Positions 40,731-50,829 of a stretch of 64,000 bases of DNA are shown here, one piece after another. Position numbers and translations under genes: made by a program. Source of the stretch: Dehalococcoidales bacterium (GTDB lineage: Bacteria; Chloroflexota; Dehalococcoidia; Dehalococcoidales; UBA5627); assembly GCA_041656115.1 (NCBI GenBank), contig JBBAED010000004.1:10186-74185 (forward strand), in the 5' to 3' direction. The notes under the pieces were generated by a model. It ran no database searches. It saw nothing but the letters and a program-made list of their open reading frames with translations, and was not told the DNA's origin. Positions within the stretch are counted from its first letter, which is position 1. Each line of letters starts with the position of its first letter.

Positions 40731-41529
40731 GTTAAAGAAATTACAAACCGTTATCAATTACGAATTTCTGAAACATATTCGTCGGAAGCGATTATATGTG
40801 ATTTTGCTTTTGGTGCTTATCAGCGAAGCCGCAACGCTAATCGGTTTTCAAACAATGATGGGCGGCTTCCCCGATAATGCCGCTTTGCTGGCGGTAATGC
40901 TTTCCGTCGGGCCGTCAATGGCGGCTTTCGGAGCAATTTTCTTTTCGGGGGATGCCATTGCCGGAGAATTTGAAAGCAAAACCGGCTTTTTGTTGTTTAC
41001 CAATCCCGTAAAGCGCACTACATTGGTGCTCGGTAAATACATCGCCGGTTGTATGGCAGTGGCAATCTTGGTAATTTTCGCATACGCCGTGCTTTGTATT
41101 TCCCTTTTTGCCGTTTATCAAACTATTCCTCCGGAAACGGCGCAATCTTTCGGTTTATGTCTTTTGTACAGCATTTCGATTTTGGCGGTCACTTTCCTGT
41201 TTAGCTCTCTAACCAAAAGTTCAATGAGCGCCATTGTGATTACGCTGGTTCTAATTATGGTAATTTCAGGGACAATCGAAAGCATTTTGATGCTGGCAGG
41301 CAAACCGTATTGGTTTTTGATATCCGCCGCCGGCGATGGAATTGCCCTTGTTTACGAAGGTAACACTGAGCTGATACTATCAGGTTTAATTCCGATGGAA
41401 GAGGCCGGTAATTTCCCGTTTGAAATACAGGTTCCGAATATCGGACATAGTGTTCTTGCAATGGTTATTTATTTGGTGGGAGGCCTTATTCCCAGCCTGA
41501 TTATAACCAATCGCAGAGAGCTTAGCTAA
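40723..41529 (+). CDS. ABC-2 type transporter permease
   Basis: 268 aa with six predicted TM helices. 8-nt overlap with the ATPase gene. Confidence 0.7.
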   Translation: MSELKKLQTVINYEFLKHIRRKRLYVILLLVLISEAATLIGFQTMMGGFPDNAALLAVMLSVGPSMAAFGAIFFSGDAIAGEFESKTGFLLFTNPVKRTTLVLGKYIAGCMAVAILVIFAYAVLCISLFAVYQTIPPETAQSFGLCLLYSISILAVTFLFSSLTKSSMSAIVITLVLIMVISGTIESILMLAGKPYWFLISAAGDGIALVYEGNTELILSGLIPMEEAGNFPFEIQVPNIGHSVLAMVIYLVGGLIPSLIITNRRELS

Positions 41530-41559
41530 AATAAAAATAATTTGAGAGGCCGATTAAAA

Positions 41560-42474
41560 ATGACTCCATTAAAAACTAAGGTTATCGTTAATCCTGTGGC
41601 CGGAGCCAAAACCACATATCGCAAGTGGCCCCTTATCAATGAATTGCTGCAAAGCGGCGGAATCCCTTTCGAATATCAATACACTGAAGGAATCGGGCAC
41701 GCCATTGAACTTGCTCGTGAAGCAACCGCAAACGGTTACAGCTTTGTGGTGGCGGTCGGCGGAGACGGAACCATCAATGAGGTTGCCAACGGCATCTTGC
41801 AATCCGGCGACTCATCAAACGCAACGATCGGTATTATCAGTACCGGAACGGGCGGTGATTTTATACGTACCGCCGGTATTACACGGGATTATATTCAGGC
41901 TTGCAATTCTATTTGCGCCTCAAACAAACGGATGATCGATGTTGGAGTGGTTGAGTACCACAAAGACGGAAAACCGCATAAGCGCTATTTTGTAAACTCC
42001 GCGGGGGTTGGTTTTGATGCCCATGCAATAGAAGCTGCCAGCCGCCTGCCGAAAATATTCGGCGGAACAGTTCCTTACGTACTCGGTTTACTTAAATCCG
42101 TTGTCAGTTATAAAAATAAGTCGGTCAACCTTTGCTTGGAAGAGGAATGCCAGGACAGAAGGGTGTTAACGGTTGTAATGGCTAACGGCTGCTATTTTGG
42201 CGGCGGAATGTGTATTGCCCCTACCGCCGATATTTACGACGGCTTTTTTGATGTAGTCAGCGTCGGCGATGTAAATAAACTGGATCTTTTAAAGACGTTC
42301 CCGAAGATATACAAAGGAACGCATACCACCCATCCTAAAGTAAAAGTTGAACGGGCTTCCGAAGTTAAAATCAACTCCGCCGAGAAAGTTGTAATTGAAG
42401 CGGACGGGGAATTCCTTGGAGAATGTCCGGCCACATTCCGAATAATTCCGGCAGCCTTGAGTTTAGCGCTCTAG
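41560..42474 (+). CDS. diacylglycerol-kinase-catalytic-domain lipid kinase (YegS/BmrU family)
   Basis: KVIVNPVAGA…VVAVGGDGTINEVANG are DAGK_cat motifs. Start at the Met preceding TPLKTKVIVNP. Confidence 0.8.
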   Translation: MTPLKTKVIVNPVAGAKTTYRKWPLINELLQSGGIPFEYQYTEGIGHAIELAREATANGYSFVVAVGGDGTINEVANGILQSGDSSNATIGIISTGTGGDFIRTAGITRDYIQACNSICASNKRMIDVGVVEYHKDGKPHKRYFVNSAGVGFDAHAIEAASRLPKIFGGTVPYVLGLLKSVVSYKNKSVNLCLEEECQDRRVLTVVMANGCYFGGGMCIAPTADIYDGFFDVVSVGDVNKLDLLKTFPKIYKGTHTTHPKVKVERASEVKINSAEKVVIEADGEFLGECPATFRIIPAALSLAL

Positions 42475-42477
42475 CGG

Positions 42478-42990
42478 CTAAATATTTTCCCCCTGATAAA
42501 TGCCGCTGTAAGCATCGGTTTCTGAGGCCAGCCTGAAAAAGACCATCTGTATTATGCGCGCATTTTGCTGCAAAGAGAACCCCGCCGGATTATGTACCGC
42601 AAGCAAAGATTCCGAGCGCCCCGAATATCCTGCGTCCCAAACAGCGGTATTAACGGTAACCCCGCAGCGTAAAAGGCTTGAGCGCGGCGTAGCAAGTGCC
42701 ATTACGTTTTTCGGTAAATGCACTATTTCGTTATAAGTAACGCTGTAAACCCCTTGGGGCAGGTGTATAAAGCCGCTTGCATCAAACGCCAGCGGAGATT
42801 GACCCGACAGAACCCTGTCTTTGTTGTTAATCGCAATTTTACCGGCGGATTGCAATGCGGATATACTGCGAAGCGTAAAGTCGACCCCGTTCGGTTGGAG
42901 CTGTTCATCCGTGTTGATAAAGCTCTCTATCAGGGGCGGGTTTGCATTTAACAGCTTTTGGATATCGTATTTAGATAGGACATTGGACAT
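42478..42990 (-). CDS. dcd: dCTP deaminase (dUTPase fold)
   Basis: 170 aa. NGVDFTLRS near the N-terminus and the beta-rich dUTPase-like core fit Dcd. Confidence 0.75.
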   Translation of the reverse strand: MSNVLSKYDIQKLLNANPPLIESFINTDEQLQPNGVDFTLRSISALQSAGKIAINNKDRVLSGQSPLAFDASGFIHLPQGVYSVTYNEIVHLPKNVMALATPRSSLLRCGVTVNTAVWDAGYSGRSESLLAVHNPAGFSLQQNARIIQMVFFRLASETDAYSGIYQGENI

Positions 42991-43098
42991 ATTGTGGTGC
43001 CTTTCGGTGTTAAAATCAATTTTTTATAAAACCCAATCGGACAGTCTTTGTAAAAAATGAGAAAGACAGAACTCACAGAGGCCTTAGAAATTAAAATA

Positions 43099-43188
43099 TC
43101 AGCATCCGGCCAGGATTGCAATAACAGATATAACTATCCCGATAAAAATCACCAGGCCGATGAGCCTGATCATCCCGCGTGTGCTCAT
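43099..43188 (-). CDS. candidate 29-aa hydrophobic micropeptide
   Basis: Minus-strand ORF MSTRGMIRLIGLVIFIGIVISVIAILAGC preceded by a strong SD (GGAGGAAAGT). Not in the ORF track (shorter than 60 aa). Confidence 0.25.
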   Translation of the reverse strand: MSTRGMIRLIGLVIFIGIVISVIAILAGC

Positions 43189-43354
43189 ACTTTCCTCCAA
43201 GTACGAAAGCCAGTATAGCATCTCAAAACAAATAATGGCAATAATTTTTTTGGGGGGTTACAAAAACAATCCAAAATTGATAAAATACTACTTGTTAAAA
43301 GTAGGCGTAAGTTATATCCTTTAACTTGGTGAATAATTTTTGGATGGTGTCAAC

Positions 43355-43609
43355 ATGAATGAGATTGATTACGTTTCGGTTAATGAAGATGTCGAATGCC
43401 CGGTTTGCGGGGAAACATTAAGTAACTTTGAAACAAAAAGCGGTCCGGGCGCACAGGTAACTCTGGATTTTCGAGAGGTGGACAACTTCTCCTGTCGTTG
43501 CGCAAAATGCAAAAGCATTATCGAGTTTTCTCTGAAAACTGCGGTAGAAGAAGGAAAAAGAAACGAGCTAACAATTAACGATTACCAGAAAAAGAGCGTG
43601 ATTTACTAG
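43355..43609 (+). CDS. hypothetical zinc-ribbon protein
   Basis: About 84 aa from the MNEIDYV start, two CxxC pairs (CPVCG … CRCAKC). Confidence 0.4.
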   Translation: MNEIDYVSVNEDVECPVCGETLSNFETKSGPGAQVTLDFREVDNFSCRCAKCKSIIEFSLKTAVEEGKRNELTINDYQKKSVIY

Positions 43610-43986
43610 CTGAAATCATCTTCCCCCTCTATCAGCCTTAGAGTTTCCTCGCTACTGCCAAAGTGGTGAGCTATTTCGTGTCGTACTGTTTTTTCAATCT
43701 GCCTTTCAATCTCATCATCCGTTGCCGATATTGATTCGATTGCCTTTTGGAAAATGGTGATTTTATCCGGAATTACCATTCCGTAGTAACTGCCGCGGCA
43801 TGTCTGCGGCACCCCTTCGTAAAGACCCAGCAGTAATATCTCATCTTCGGCATCTTCGTTTTTAAGTTGCTCAGCCGTCGGGTAATCTTCCACCACCACG
43901 TCGACGTTATCCATCAACTCCAAAAATTCTTTCGGCAGTCTTTCAATCGCCTTAATAACCAGCTGTTCAAACCGTTCTCTGTCCAT
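43606..43986 (-). CDS. zincin-like metallopeptidase (DUF1025/PF06262-like)
   Basis: 126 aa with C-terminal HEIAHHFG (HExxH) motif, as in the 'possible zinc metallo-peptidase' family. Confidence 0.6.
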   Translation of the reverse strand: MDRERFEQLVIKAIERLPKEFLELMDNVDVVVEDYPTAEQLKNEDAEDEILLLGLYEGVPQTCRGSYYGMVIPDKITIFQKAIESISATDDEIERQIEKTVRHEIAHHFGSSEETLRLIEGEDDFS

Positions 43987-44114
43987 ATCGTTTTTATATT
44001 TTACGTGTTCCGATTTATATTTGCCAATAATTATCTGTGAAAACTATCTAATTCTGTATTTTGGAAGCCTGATTTGTGATATCATTCATTTAAGAAAGAA
44101 ATGAGGGGATTAAA

Positions 44115-45113
44115 ATGGAACTGTCTCCCGAAGAAAGACGGCGTATTTACGAAGAAGAAAAAGCACGCATTGAGGCGGAAGGACGGGACACTGAATCAGG
44201 TGATACATTAAGCTCAAACATCCCGCAAAATGTTGCTTGCATGCTCTGTTATGCGCTTTTTTGGATTAGCGGCATTATTTTCTTGGTTTTAGAAAAAAAG
44301 GATAAAGAGGTTAATTTCCATGCCATCCAGTCCATTGTTTTATTCGGCGGGCTCACCGTACTAAGCCTCTTTTTTAATTGGATTCCTTATGTTGGCAGTA
44401 TTCTTAATGCCATAATCGGAATTTCGATGTTTATTTTGTGGATAGTGCTGATGGTTAAGACATATCAAGGAGAGCGCTTTAAGGTTCCGGTTGCCGGTGA
44501 CATTGCCGAAGCAATTCATAAATCGGTTTGGAAAACACCTGATTCCGGCGAAACAGAAAATAAAGAAGGGCAAGATTTTGCCGAGAATATTTCACAAAAG
44601 GTTGATGACCTCGGTAAGAAAGCCGACAATTACTTCCACCGTACACGCGGCGACAGAATCATAGGCTACAGTTTTGCGATATTCTGGGCGGTTGTTTTTA
44701 TTGTTTTCTTTGCAGGGTTTTCCGAGTATATCGCTTGGTATTTTGTAGGAGATGACGGTAAGTTAATAATGGAGCCGTTTTTAACCCCCGACTTTCAATT
44801 GTGGCTACCGGTTTTAATTACGGCGCTCTCCGTTACCATTGTTGCTAACATAATCTTAATCGTTTACGATCGATATTGGTTTCGTGAAGCGGTACAAATA
44901 GTGCTTGAGTTAATCGGGATCGCGGTGGTTATCTATTTGGTGGTAATATTCCCGTTTGATTTCAGTATTATTCCCGATGCGATTGCCGCCGGTATAATAC
45001 CGGTTGTTGCCAAGTCAACGCTTATCGTTGTTGCTATTGCCTTAGGAGTAAGTGCGCTGGTGCGTTTTATAAAGATGATTTTTAATATCGATAAGGCTGA
45101 ATATTTGAACTGA
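44115..45113 (+). CDS. hypothetical polytopic membrane protein
   Basis: 332 aa. Charged N-terminus, then two blocks of 3-4 TM helices separated by an acidic loop. Confidence 0.55.
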   Translation: MELSPEERRRIYEEEKARIEAEGRDTESGDTLSSNIPQNVACMLCYALFWISGIIFLVLEKKDKEVNFHAIQSIVLFGGLTVLSLFFNWIPYVGSILNAIIGISMFILWIVLMVKTYQGERFKVPVAGDIAEAIHKSVWKTPDSGETENKEGQDFAENISQKVDDLGKKADNYFHRTRGDRIIGYSFAIFWAVVFIVFFAGFSEYIAWYFVGDDGKLIMEPFLTPDFQLWLPVLITALSVTIVANIILIVYDRYWFREAVQIVLELIGIAVVIYLVVIFPFDFSIIPDAIAAGIIPVVAKSTLIVVAIALGVSALVRFIKMIFNIDKAEYLN

Positions 45114-45136
45114 TTTATAAACGGCGGTCGGTAAAA

Positions 45137-45631
45137 TTGTTTGCGGATAATAAGTCAGAAACAGAATGTTGCCCTAAATTTGACCCCATACCTTGGGATG
45201 GCCAAGAAATTATCTGGTGCGACAAATTGTTTATCAAAGATACCGTTCCGCAGCTTTTTCATATTCCGCTGCCGGGTATTTTACCTAAAAAGATATCTGC
45301 GATGTGGAATAAAATTGAAGCCGCCGGCGCCAAACCGGAAAACAAAGACTTTTTGATGCTAATGTCGGAAAGCTCGCAGTGGAAAGGCGAAGTTTATATT
45401 AGTGTTACCAAAGAAATTTCCGAGGCCGAGAATATAAAGCTATCGGGGACTTATTTAACAAGGGTTTTTGACGGTGCGTATAATAATATCCCGAAATGGA
45501 TTAAAGAAATGGAATCATACGTTTCCCAAAAAGGTAAGAGCGTTAAAAATTACTACTTTTATCATACTACTTGCCCTAAATGCGCACAAAAACATGGGCA
45601 CAATTATACGGTGGTGTTTGCCGAGGTCTAA
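45137..45631 (+). CDS. hypothetical protein
   Basis: 164 aa, N-terminal CC pair and a C-terminal CPKC. I do not recognise a family. Confidence 0.45.
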   Translation: MFADNKSETECCPKFDPIPWDGQEIIWCDKLFIKDTVPQLFHIPLPGILPKKISAMWNKIEAAGAKPENKDFLMLMSESSQWKGEVYISVTKEISEAENIKLSGTYLTRVFDGAYNNIPKWIKEMESYVSQKGKSVKNYYFYHTTCPKCAQKHGHNYTVVFAEV

Positions 45632-45675
45632 GTAATGAGACCCACTTTTGATTTCCGGACATATTACTTATTATT

Positions 45676-46008
45676 TTAATCTTGCTTTTTTAGCGGGGCT
45701 TTACGTCTGTTATCAATGACATGATAAACAGCTTGAATAGGGTGGGTGTAAGTCATACGCGGACCCGAATAGCGCATCACAACCCTTACCCGCTCTCTCA
45801 TTTGCGGTTTGTAGCAATGTACAGGACATTTGGCACAGGTTGTTTTGCCCTCACCGAAAGGGCAAAGGTCAAGCCTTTTTAATGCGTATTCTTGCAGTTC
45901 AGCACACTCCGGGCATAGTTCTGCCGTATGATGATTCCCTTTGCAATACATTCCAATCATCGTAACAATTGTTTTTCTTTCCCGTTTAATTCGTTTGTTT
46001 TCAGCCAT
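45676..46008 (-). CDS. nitrous-oxide-stimulated-promoter family protein (YgbA-like, Cys-rich)
   Basis: 110 aa with CPECAELQEYALKRLDLCPFGEGKTTCAKCPVHCYKP, a cysteine pattern characteristic of the YgbA/PF11756 family. Confidence 0.6.
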   Translation of the reverse strand: MAENKRIKRERKTIVTMIGMYCKGNHHTAELCPECAELQEYALKRLDLCPFGEGKTTCAKCPVHCYKPQMRERVRVVMRYSGPRMTYTHPIQAVYHVIDNRRKAPLKKQD

Positions 46009-46220
46009 TGTATTTTTATTTTACCTTTGATGGATTTTCGGCAAATTGTCTGTTTGTTTATTATAAACCAATTAAAATCAATCCCAAAATGATTGACAAC
46101 AGCTTTTCCTGATAGGATAATGTTTATGATAGATTGCAATATTACAATAACACTCGGTCGTTTACGGACGCTGTTTATAAAATAATGGTTTGTTACTAAA
46201 TACGGAGGAGGGTTATTCCT

Positions 46221-46352
46221 ATGGGACTGGTTATTGCAATATTGACATTGGTTGCCGGCATTGTCGTTTTGGTTTGGCCTAAAATCCTAAACTATATTGT
46301 TGCCGCTTTTCTGATTATAACCGGCATTTTGGGCATTATCGCCACACTCTGA
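46221..46352 (+). CDS. small two-TM membrane protein (43 aa), paralogue of 13576..13731
   Basis: RBS GGAGGAGGG, MGLVIAILTLVAGIVVLVWPKILNYIVAAFLIITGILGIIATL. Below the ORF-track cutoff. Confidence 0.45.
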   Translation: MGLVIAILTLVAGIVVLVWPKILNYIVAAFLIITGILGIIATL

Positions 46353-46414
46353 TTACATAGCTTTCTTTGTTAGCAGAATTTATATTGTCTTTTTCGCCTT
46401 TAACATGGCGAACG

Positions 46415-46600
46415 GGGTCTTTAACCGTCTTTGTGAGGAATGAGCCTTTAGGCGAGTGACGTGGCAATCTCCTACAGATTTATTAGAGATTGCTTCGCTG
46501 CGCTCGCAAAGACAAGGAGGATTGCTTTGCTACTCTCGCGAATACAAAGGTGGTTGCCTCACCTTCCCTGCGGGAATGGTTCTGCAAAGACAAAGAGCAC
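46415..46600. repeat. MITE-like repeat nest #5 (family B hairpin plus a short GGAATGG hairpin module)
   Basis: GTCTTTGTGAGGAATGAGCC…GACGTGGCAATCTC…GAGATTGCTTCGCTGCGCTCGCAAAGACA, then CCTTCCCTGCGGGAATGGTTCTGCAAAGACA. Confidence 0.8.
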
Positions 46601-46840
46601 GAATATTACTCCCCTGTAACGACCTCAAATCATTAATATTAAATCCCGTACGCACAAAAAACATTCATATGCAAAATTTTGCCTTTTTTGGGCTTTAATA
46701 ATATAATCGTCGGGTTTGCACTTTTTTGTCGGCTGAATTTATAATCCGCAGCTAAAATTTTTTTCAAAATACAAATTTGGGAGGGGTAAAACAATCAAAA
46801 AAACGGGTGCATCAATAATTTTTTCTTGGAGTGTATTTGA

Positions 46841-49800
46841 GTGAGAAACAACATAACAAAAATGCTTGGTATTATTGTAACGATTGCTATGTTTGCCGGG
46901 TTTGTTATAACCGGATCCCCGGTTGTTGCTGTTGGTAACCCTCCTTCCGTAAATGGTTGGCAGAGTGTTGCGATGCCTGACCTTGCTCCCGGTACCGACG
47001 TTGAATTGATAGAGCAAGCCAATGACGGTACCATATTCATTAGCACTGTAAAGCATCTGTTTAAAATTGATCCTGCTATCGATTTAGGGGGATATAGTGA
47101 CGGAATCCCTACGGGGAATATTGAATTTAATTGGTTTGAAGAATCGCTCGACTCAAATGATAAATCTTACACCTTTGTTACAATAACTGATCTTGAAGAG
47201 CATCTGACTGATCTTACCGGAGTTTTTATATTTAAGTTAACTGCGGATATTAAAGGTTCCGGCACGTCTGCCCCAAGTACCGAAAGTTTTTCGATAACCG
47301 GTAATCTCATTGCCGATAAAGATACGAAAACAGTAACTTTTGAGGCAGGAGGTTATTTTTATTCCTCTGACCCTGTTTTTCAAGCAGCGGTTGAAAATAA
47401 AAATCTAAAAATAGCAATTAACGGTTTTACGGTCCAAGAAAACGGCGATATTTCCGTTACCGATATCAGAATTACGGGAAGCGATGGATTTAACTATGAC
47501 AGAGCCTTTGATATCAATGCTGTTTCCGGGGTTGCCGTTGTTAAAACGATAGATGAAAACACCGCATTTGAAAAGCGCTATTCAATGTATAAATCAACTG
47601 ATGGATACAATTGGGAACCCACCAATATCACAAATAAAACCGAACGTATTACTGCCATTAAACCCTCCGCTAATTATGCCAACGATAAAATAGTATATGT
47701 TGCGGTTGATAACGGAGATAATCCCTCCAATAAAAGTAATTATTCAGGTCCTACCGGTATTATTAATAAACCCGAACAAATTGCCTCTGCCAGCGCGTTA
47801 GCTAATTACTCTAACAGCAAAACTTCCGATATCGCTTTTTATACCGGCGGCACATCTCCGGTTGAAGACGGGTATGCTGTCGTATATCGCTGTATCGAGG
47901 GCGCCGATAGTTATTCGCCTTACAGCGCAATGGGGCTTCTTTCAACCTATGTGACCGGAGAAGTAAAATCCGAACATGTTATATCCAGCCATGTTTATAC
48001 CCTTGACAGTTATTATGACGGAACCTATGTTTGGCTGCTGGCTGCTACCAATCTGGATGTTTTTAAAATAAAAGATGACGGCAATACTGCTGCTTGGACG
48101 GATATGCAGCTTTCCGAAACCCTTGGCAGTAATTATTCCGATGAATTCTACGGAGTTAATGTATTTGCGGCAAAGTTTGCTCCCGATTATGTTCAATCAG
48201 GCGTTATCTGGGCAATCTACCATGATAATTACGGGTCCTGGCGGCTTCACAATAGGCTTGGCAACGGTTTTCAGGGCGGTACTCGAGGTTACGGTATTAT
48301 TGCTCACAATTCGAAAGAGACTCTTTGGGCAACTAATATCACTCCGATGATTATCAAGGACAGTAGAAATTCACCTTTGAGAGCCACCGCTTTCTGTGAT
48401 TTTGAATTCGCCTCTAATTACGATAGCGATAACAACCCTGAACTCTATGCTGCATTGAACTTTAGCAGGGTTTCCAATCATAACAGCACTTCAGAACAGA
48501 ACGGAGTCTGGAGGATTAAGGGCGGACTCAACGACGGTACCGTTATCGGTAGTATTACTCACGTTACCGAAGACCAAAGGATGGGAGTCGGTAGCATTGA
48601 AGTCGACGGAGACACAATTATCGCCGGCAGCTATGATGATTCCATTGACATATCTCAGGTACAGATAAGTTTTGATAACGGGGACAATTGGCAGGGGGCG
48701 ATAAGAAACCCGCTTGGAGAGGGCAATTACCCCTGTAAGGTACTAATCGGTAAATACGGTCAGACCAAGGGATTGGTCTTTGCTGCTACCGGCGGCTTAC
48801 AAAGCGGCATTTCCGTTTCAGATGATAACGGATTACACTGGACACAAACCGCTTTTTTTGATGATACATTTATCCTTGAAATAAGAGATGTTTCTTTTAA
48901 TCCTACAAATTCCTCGGCAATCATGATTACGTATAATGAGGATTATATTACTAACGGCAGTGTTTGGATAACCGATAACATTAACTCGGAATCGGTTAGC
49001 TGGCAGAGGATTTACTGTAAAGACTTCAATACCGATATGATTTTTACCAAGACCGGCTTCGCCGCTGACGATTCGGCGGTTGTGTTTTTTGATGAATCCA
49101 CCTTGAAAATATGGCGTTCGGAAGACAATTGCAAAACATTCGATGAAATAGTGGATTTACGTGAATGGAACGTTGCTGTCAGTTCGTGGATAATTCCCGA
49201 TAAAGATACCTTTTATGTCGCAACTTGGGGAGGGTTTTGGAGTACAGACCTTAAAGACACTTTGGCAGCGGAAGGTATAGGGTTTACTTCAATTGAAATG
49301 AGAGGAAATGTGTTTATTGCCGGTGATACCCAAGGTAATGCCTACGTCTCAACTGATAAAGGGTTTACATGGGAAAATCTCGTTCAATGCGATACTCCTG
49401 ATTACAATGTTGTCGTCGCCTTTGATGCATATAACGATAATATATTTTACTACGTAACCGAGAGTGGCAAAGTAGGCAAGGTAACTTTTGACGGCAATGA
49501 ACTGCTATCTAACGTTGCGCTTAACGACAGTAACGGAGATGGTGTCTCCTTATTGTATCCGAATGCCATTGCTGTTTCTGCCGATAATACGCTTTACGTA
49601 GCCGGTATCAACGGCATGGCTCGCTTAATATTGGATCAAGATGATAATAAATGGGAAGGTGAGATTACCAAGCTTTTCGAAATAGAAGGTTTGCAATATA
49701 CTGCTAGTCCTAATGCCGTATGGACCGTTAAAGACTATGACAAGCTTTACGTTTTTGAAGATTTCTTAAGCAGCGCTCCTCAGGATGTCAGTGCCATTGA

Positions 49801-50779
49801 AATTGAATCGAGTGATAACGAAACGCAAACCAAGAGCATTGAGCTTTCGTGGAAGCACATAAAAGAAGACGGCGACACCGTATATCGTATTGAATGGAAA
49901 AAAGCCTCTGCCGCAACGTGGAATTCAATTACTAAAACTGTTGAAGCCGGTACGGCATTTGGGAGTAATGTAAGTATCGAAATTGACGGGCTATCAACCC
50001 TTACGGAGTATATGTTTAGGGTGCGCGTTGCCGACGGGAGCCCTGTTCAAAGCCGCTGGTCCGAAAATGCCAGCTTAACCACTTCCGTTTATGTTGCGGT
50101 TCCGGTGCCTATCAGCCCGTCTCATAACGCGGTGGTTGATAATCTGCATCCGATATTTACATGGTCGGTAGGAGTTAATGCCGCCAATTACGAATTCCAA
50201 TTAAGCAAACAAGCTTCTTTTAGCGAGATTATTGATTCGGTCTTAATTTCTGAAAATATTTATGTTTATCAGGATGATAATATTAAGTACAATTCCGAAT
50301 ATTATTGGAGGGTACGGGCAATTTCTTCCGATGGTACGACCAGTAAATGGTCCGTATGTGGGCCGGACGATGCACCGGCTGCCTTTAGGACCGGGGGTGC
50401 CCTTACTCAGGTAACGGTTTTTCAGACGGTAACCGTTACGGCTACGGTTTATATTGAAAACCAAACCTATAAGACATCGACAATAACTGTAACGCCGACT
50501 ATTCCAAGTTTTCTTGTAACGGCTTCACCGTCTACGGTAGTATCGACCTACACCGAAACAGTTACCGAGCCTGTTTTTACAGAACGTCCGGTTTATACCG
50601 TACCGACAACGGATATTTTAGTTGTGACTCCTAATTTCCAAGAGAGTACGGTAACCCACATTACCAACATATTCACAACTAAAAATAGTACGACGCATTA
50701 CTTTTGGCCTCTGATTATAATTGGACTTGTGACTATTACGGCGATTCTGCTGGTAATCAGATTGCGTACAGAAGATTAG
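46841..50779 (+). CDS. very large cell-surface protein, paralogue of 32844..35873: BNR-like repeats, FN3 domains, Thr/Val stalk, C-terminal TM anchor
   Basis: 1312 aa. Signal peptide, motifs STDGYNWE, SFDNGDNWQG, SDDNGLHWT, SEDNCKTFD, STDKGFTWE. FN3-like blocks with EYYWRVRAI/YMFRVRV. QVTVFQTVTVTATVY… stalk, TM helix, RLRTED tail. Coordinates are from the ORF track (GTG start). Confidence 0.8.
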   Translation: MRNNITKMLGIIVTIAMFAGFVITGSPVVAVGNPPSVNGWQSVAMPDLAPGTDVELIEQANDGTIFISTVKHLFKIDPAIDLGGYSDGIPTGNIEFNWFEESLDSNDKSYTFVTITDLEEHLTDLTGVFIFKLTADIKGSGTSAPSTESFSITGNLIADKDTKTVTFEAGGYFYSSDPVFQAAVENKNLKIAINGFTVQENGDISVTDIRITGSDGFNYDRAFDINAVSGVAVVKTIDENTAFEKRYSMYKSTDGYNWEPTNITNKTERITAIKPSANYANDKIVYVAVDNGDNPSNKSNYSGPTGIINKPEQIASASALANYSNSKTSDIAFYTGGTSPVEDGYAVVYRCIEGADSYSPYSAMGLLSTYVTGEVKSEHVISSHVYTLDSYYDGTYVWLLAATNLDVFKIKDDGNTAAWTDMQLSETLGSNYSDEFYGVNVFAAKFAPDYVQSGVIWAIYHDNYGSWRLHNRLGNGFQGGTRGYGIIAHNSKETLWATNITPMIIKDSRNSPLRATAFCDFEFASNYDSDNNPELYAALNFSRVSNHNSTSEQNGVWRIKGGLNDGTVIGSITHVTEDQRMGVGSIEVDGDTIIAGSYDDSIDISQVQISFDNGDNWQGAIRNPLGEGNYPCKVLIGKYGQTKGLVFAATGGLQSGISVSDDNGLHWTQTAFFDDTFILEIRDVSFNPTNSSAIMITYNEDYITNGSVWITDNINSESVSWQRIYCKDFNTDMIFTKTGFAADDSAVVFFDESTLKIWRSEDNCKTFDEIVDLREWNVAVSSWIIPDKDTFYVATWGGFWSTDLKDTLAAEGIGFTSIEMRGNVFIAGDTQGNAYVSTDKGFTWENLVQCDTPDYNVVVAFDAYNDNIFYYVTESGKVGKVTFDGNELLSNVALNDSNGDGVSLLYPNAIAVSADNTLYVAGINGMARLILDQDDNKWEGEITKLFEIEGLQYTASPNAVWTVKDYDKLYVFEDFLSSAPQDVSAIEIESSDNETQTKSIELSWKHIKEDGDTVYRIEWKKASAATWNSITKTVEAGTAFGSNVSIEIDGLSTLTEYMFRVRVADGSPVQSRWSENASLTTSVYVAVPVPISPSHNAVVDNLHPIFTWSVGVNAANYEFQLSKQASFSEIIDSVLISENIYVYQDDNIKYNSEYYWRVRAISSDGTTSKWSVCGPDDAPAAFRTGGALTQVTVFQTVTVTATVYIENQTYKTSTITVTPTIPSFLVTASPSTVVSTYTETVTEPVFTERPVYTVPTTDILVVTPNFQESTVTHITNIFTTKNSTTHYFWPLIIIGLVTITAILLVIRLRTED

Positions 50780-50829
50780 GCGCATTATTTAAAAGAAGAT
50801 TTTATGAGGCCTCCATTGATTGGGGGTCT

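Noticed and set aside
46795-46925. Apparent one-base frame inconsistency between my by-eye translation and the ORF-track start of the 1312-aa gene (GTG near 46840/46841, run of G at ~46920, run of A at ~46800).
   Set aside because: Most likely my miscounting of homopolymer runs. The ORF track gives a continuous ORF and is trusted. No frameshift or pseudogene is called.
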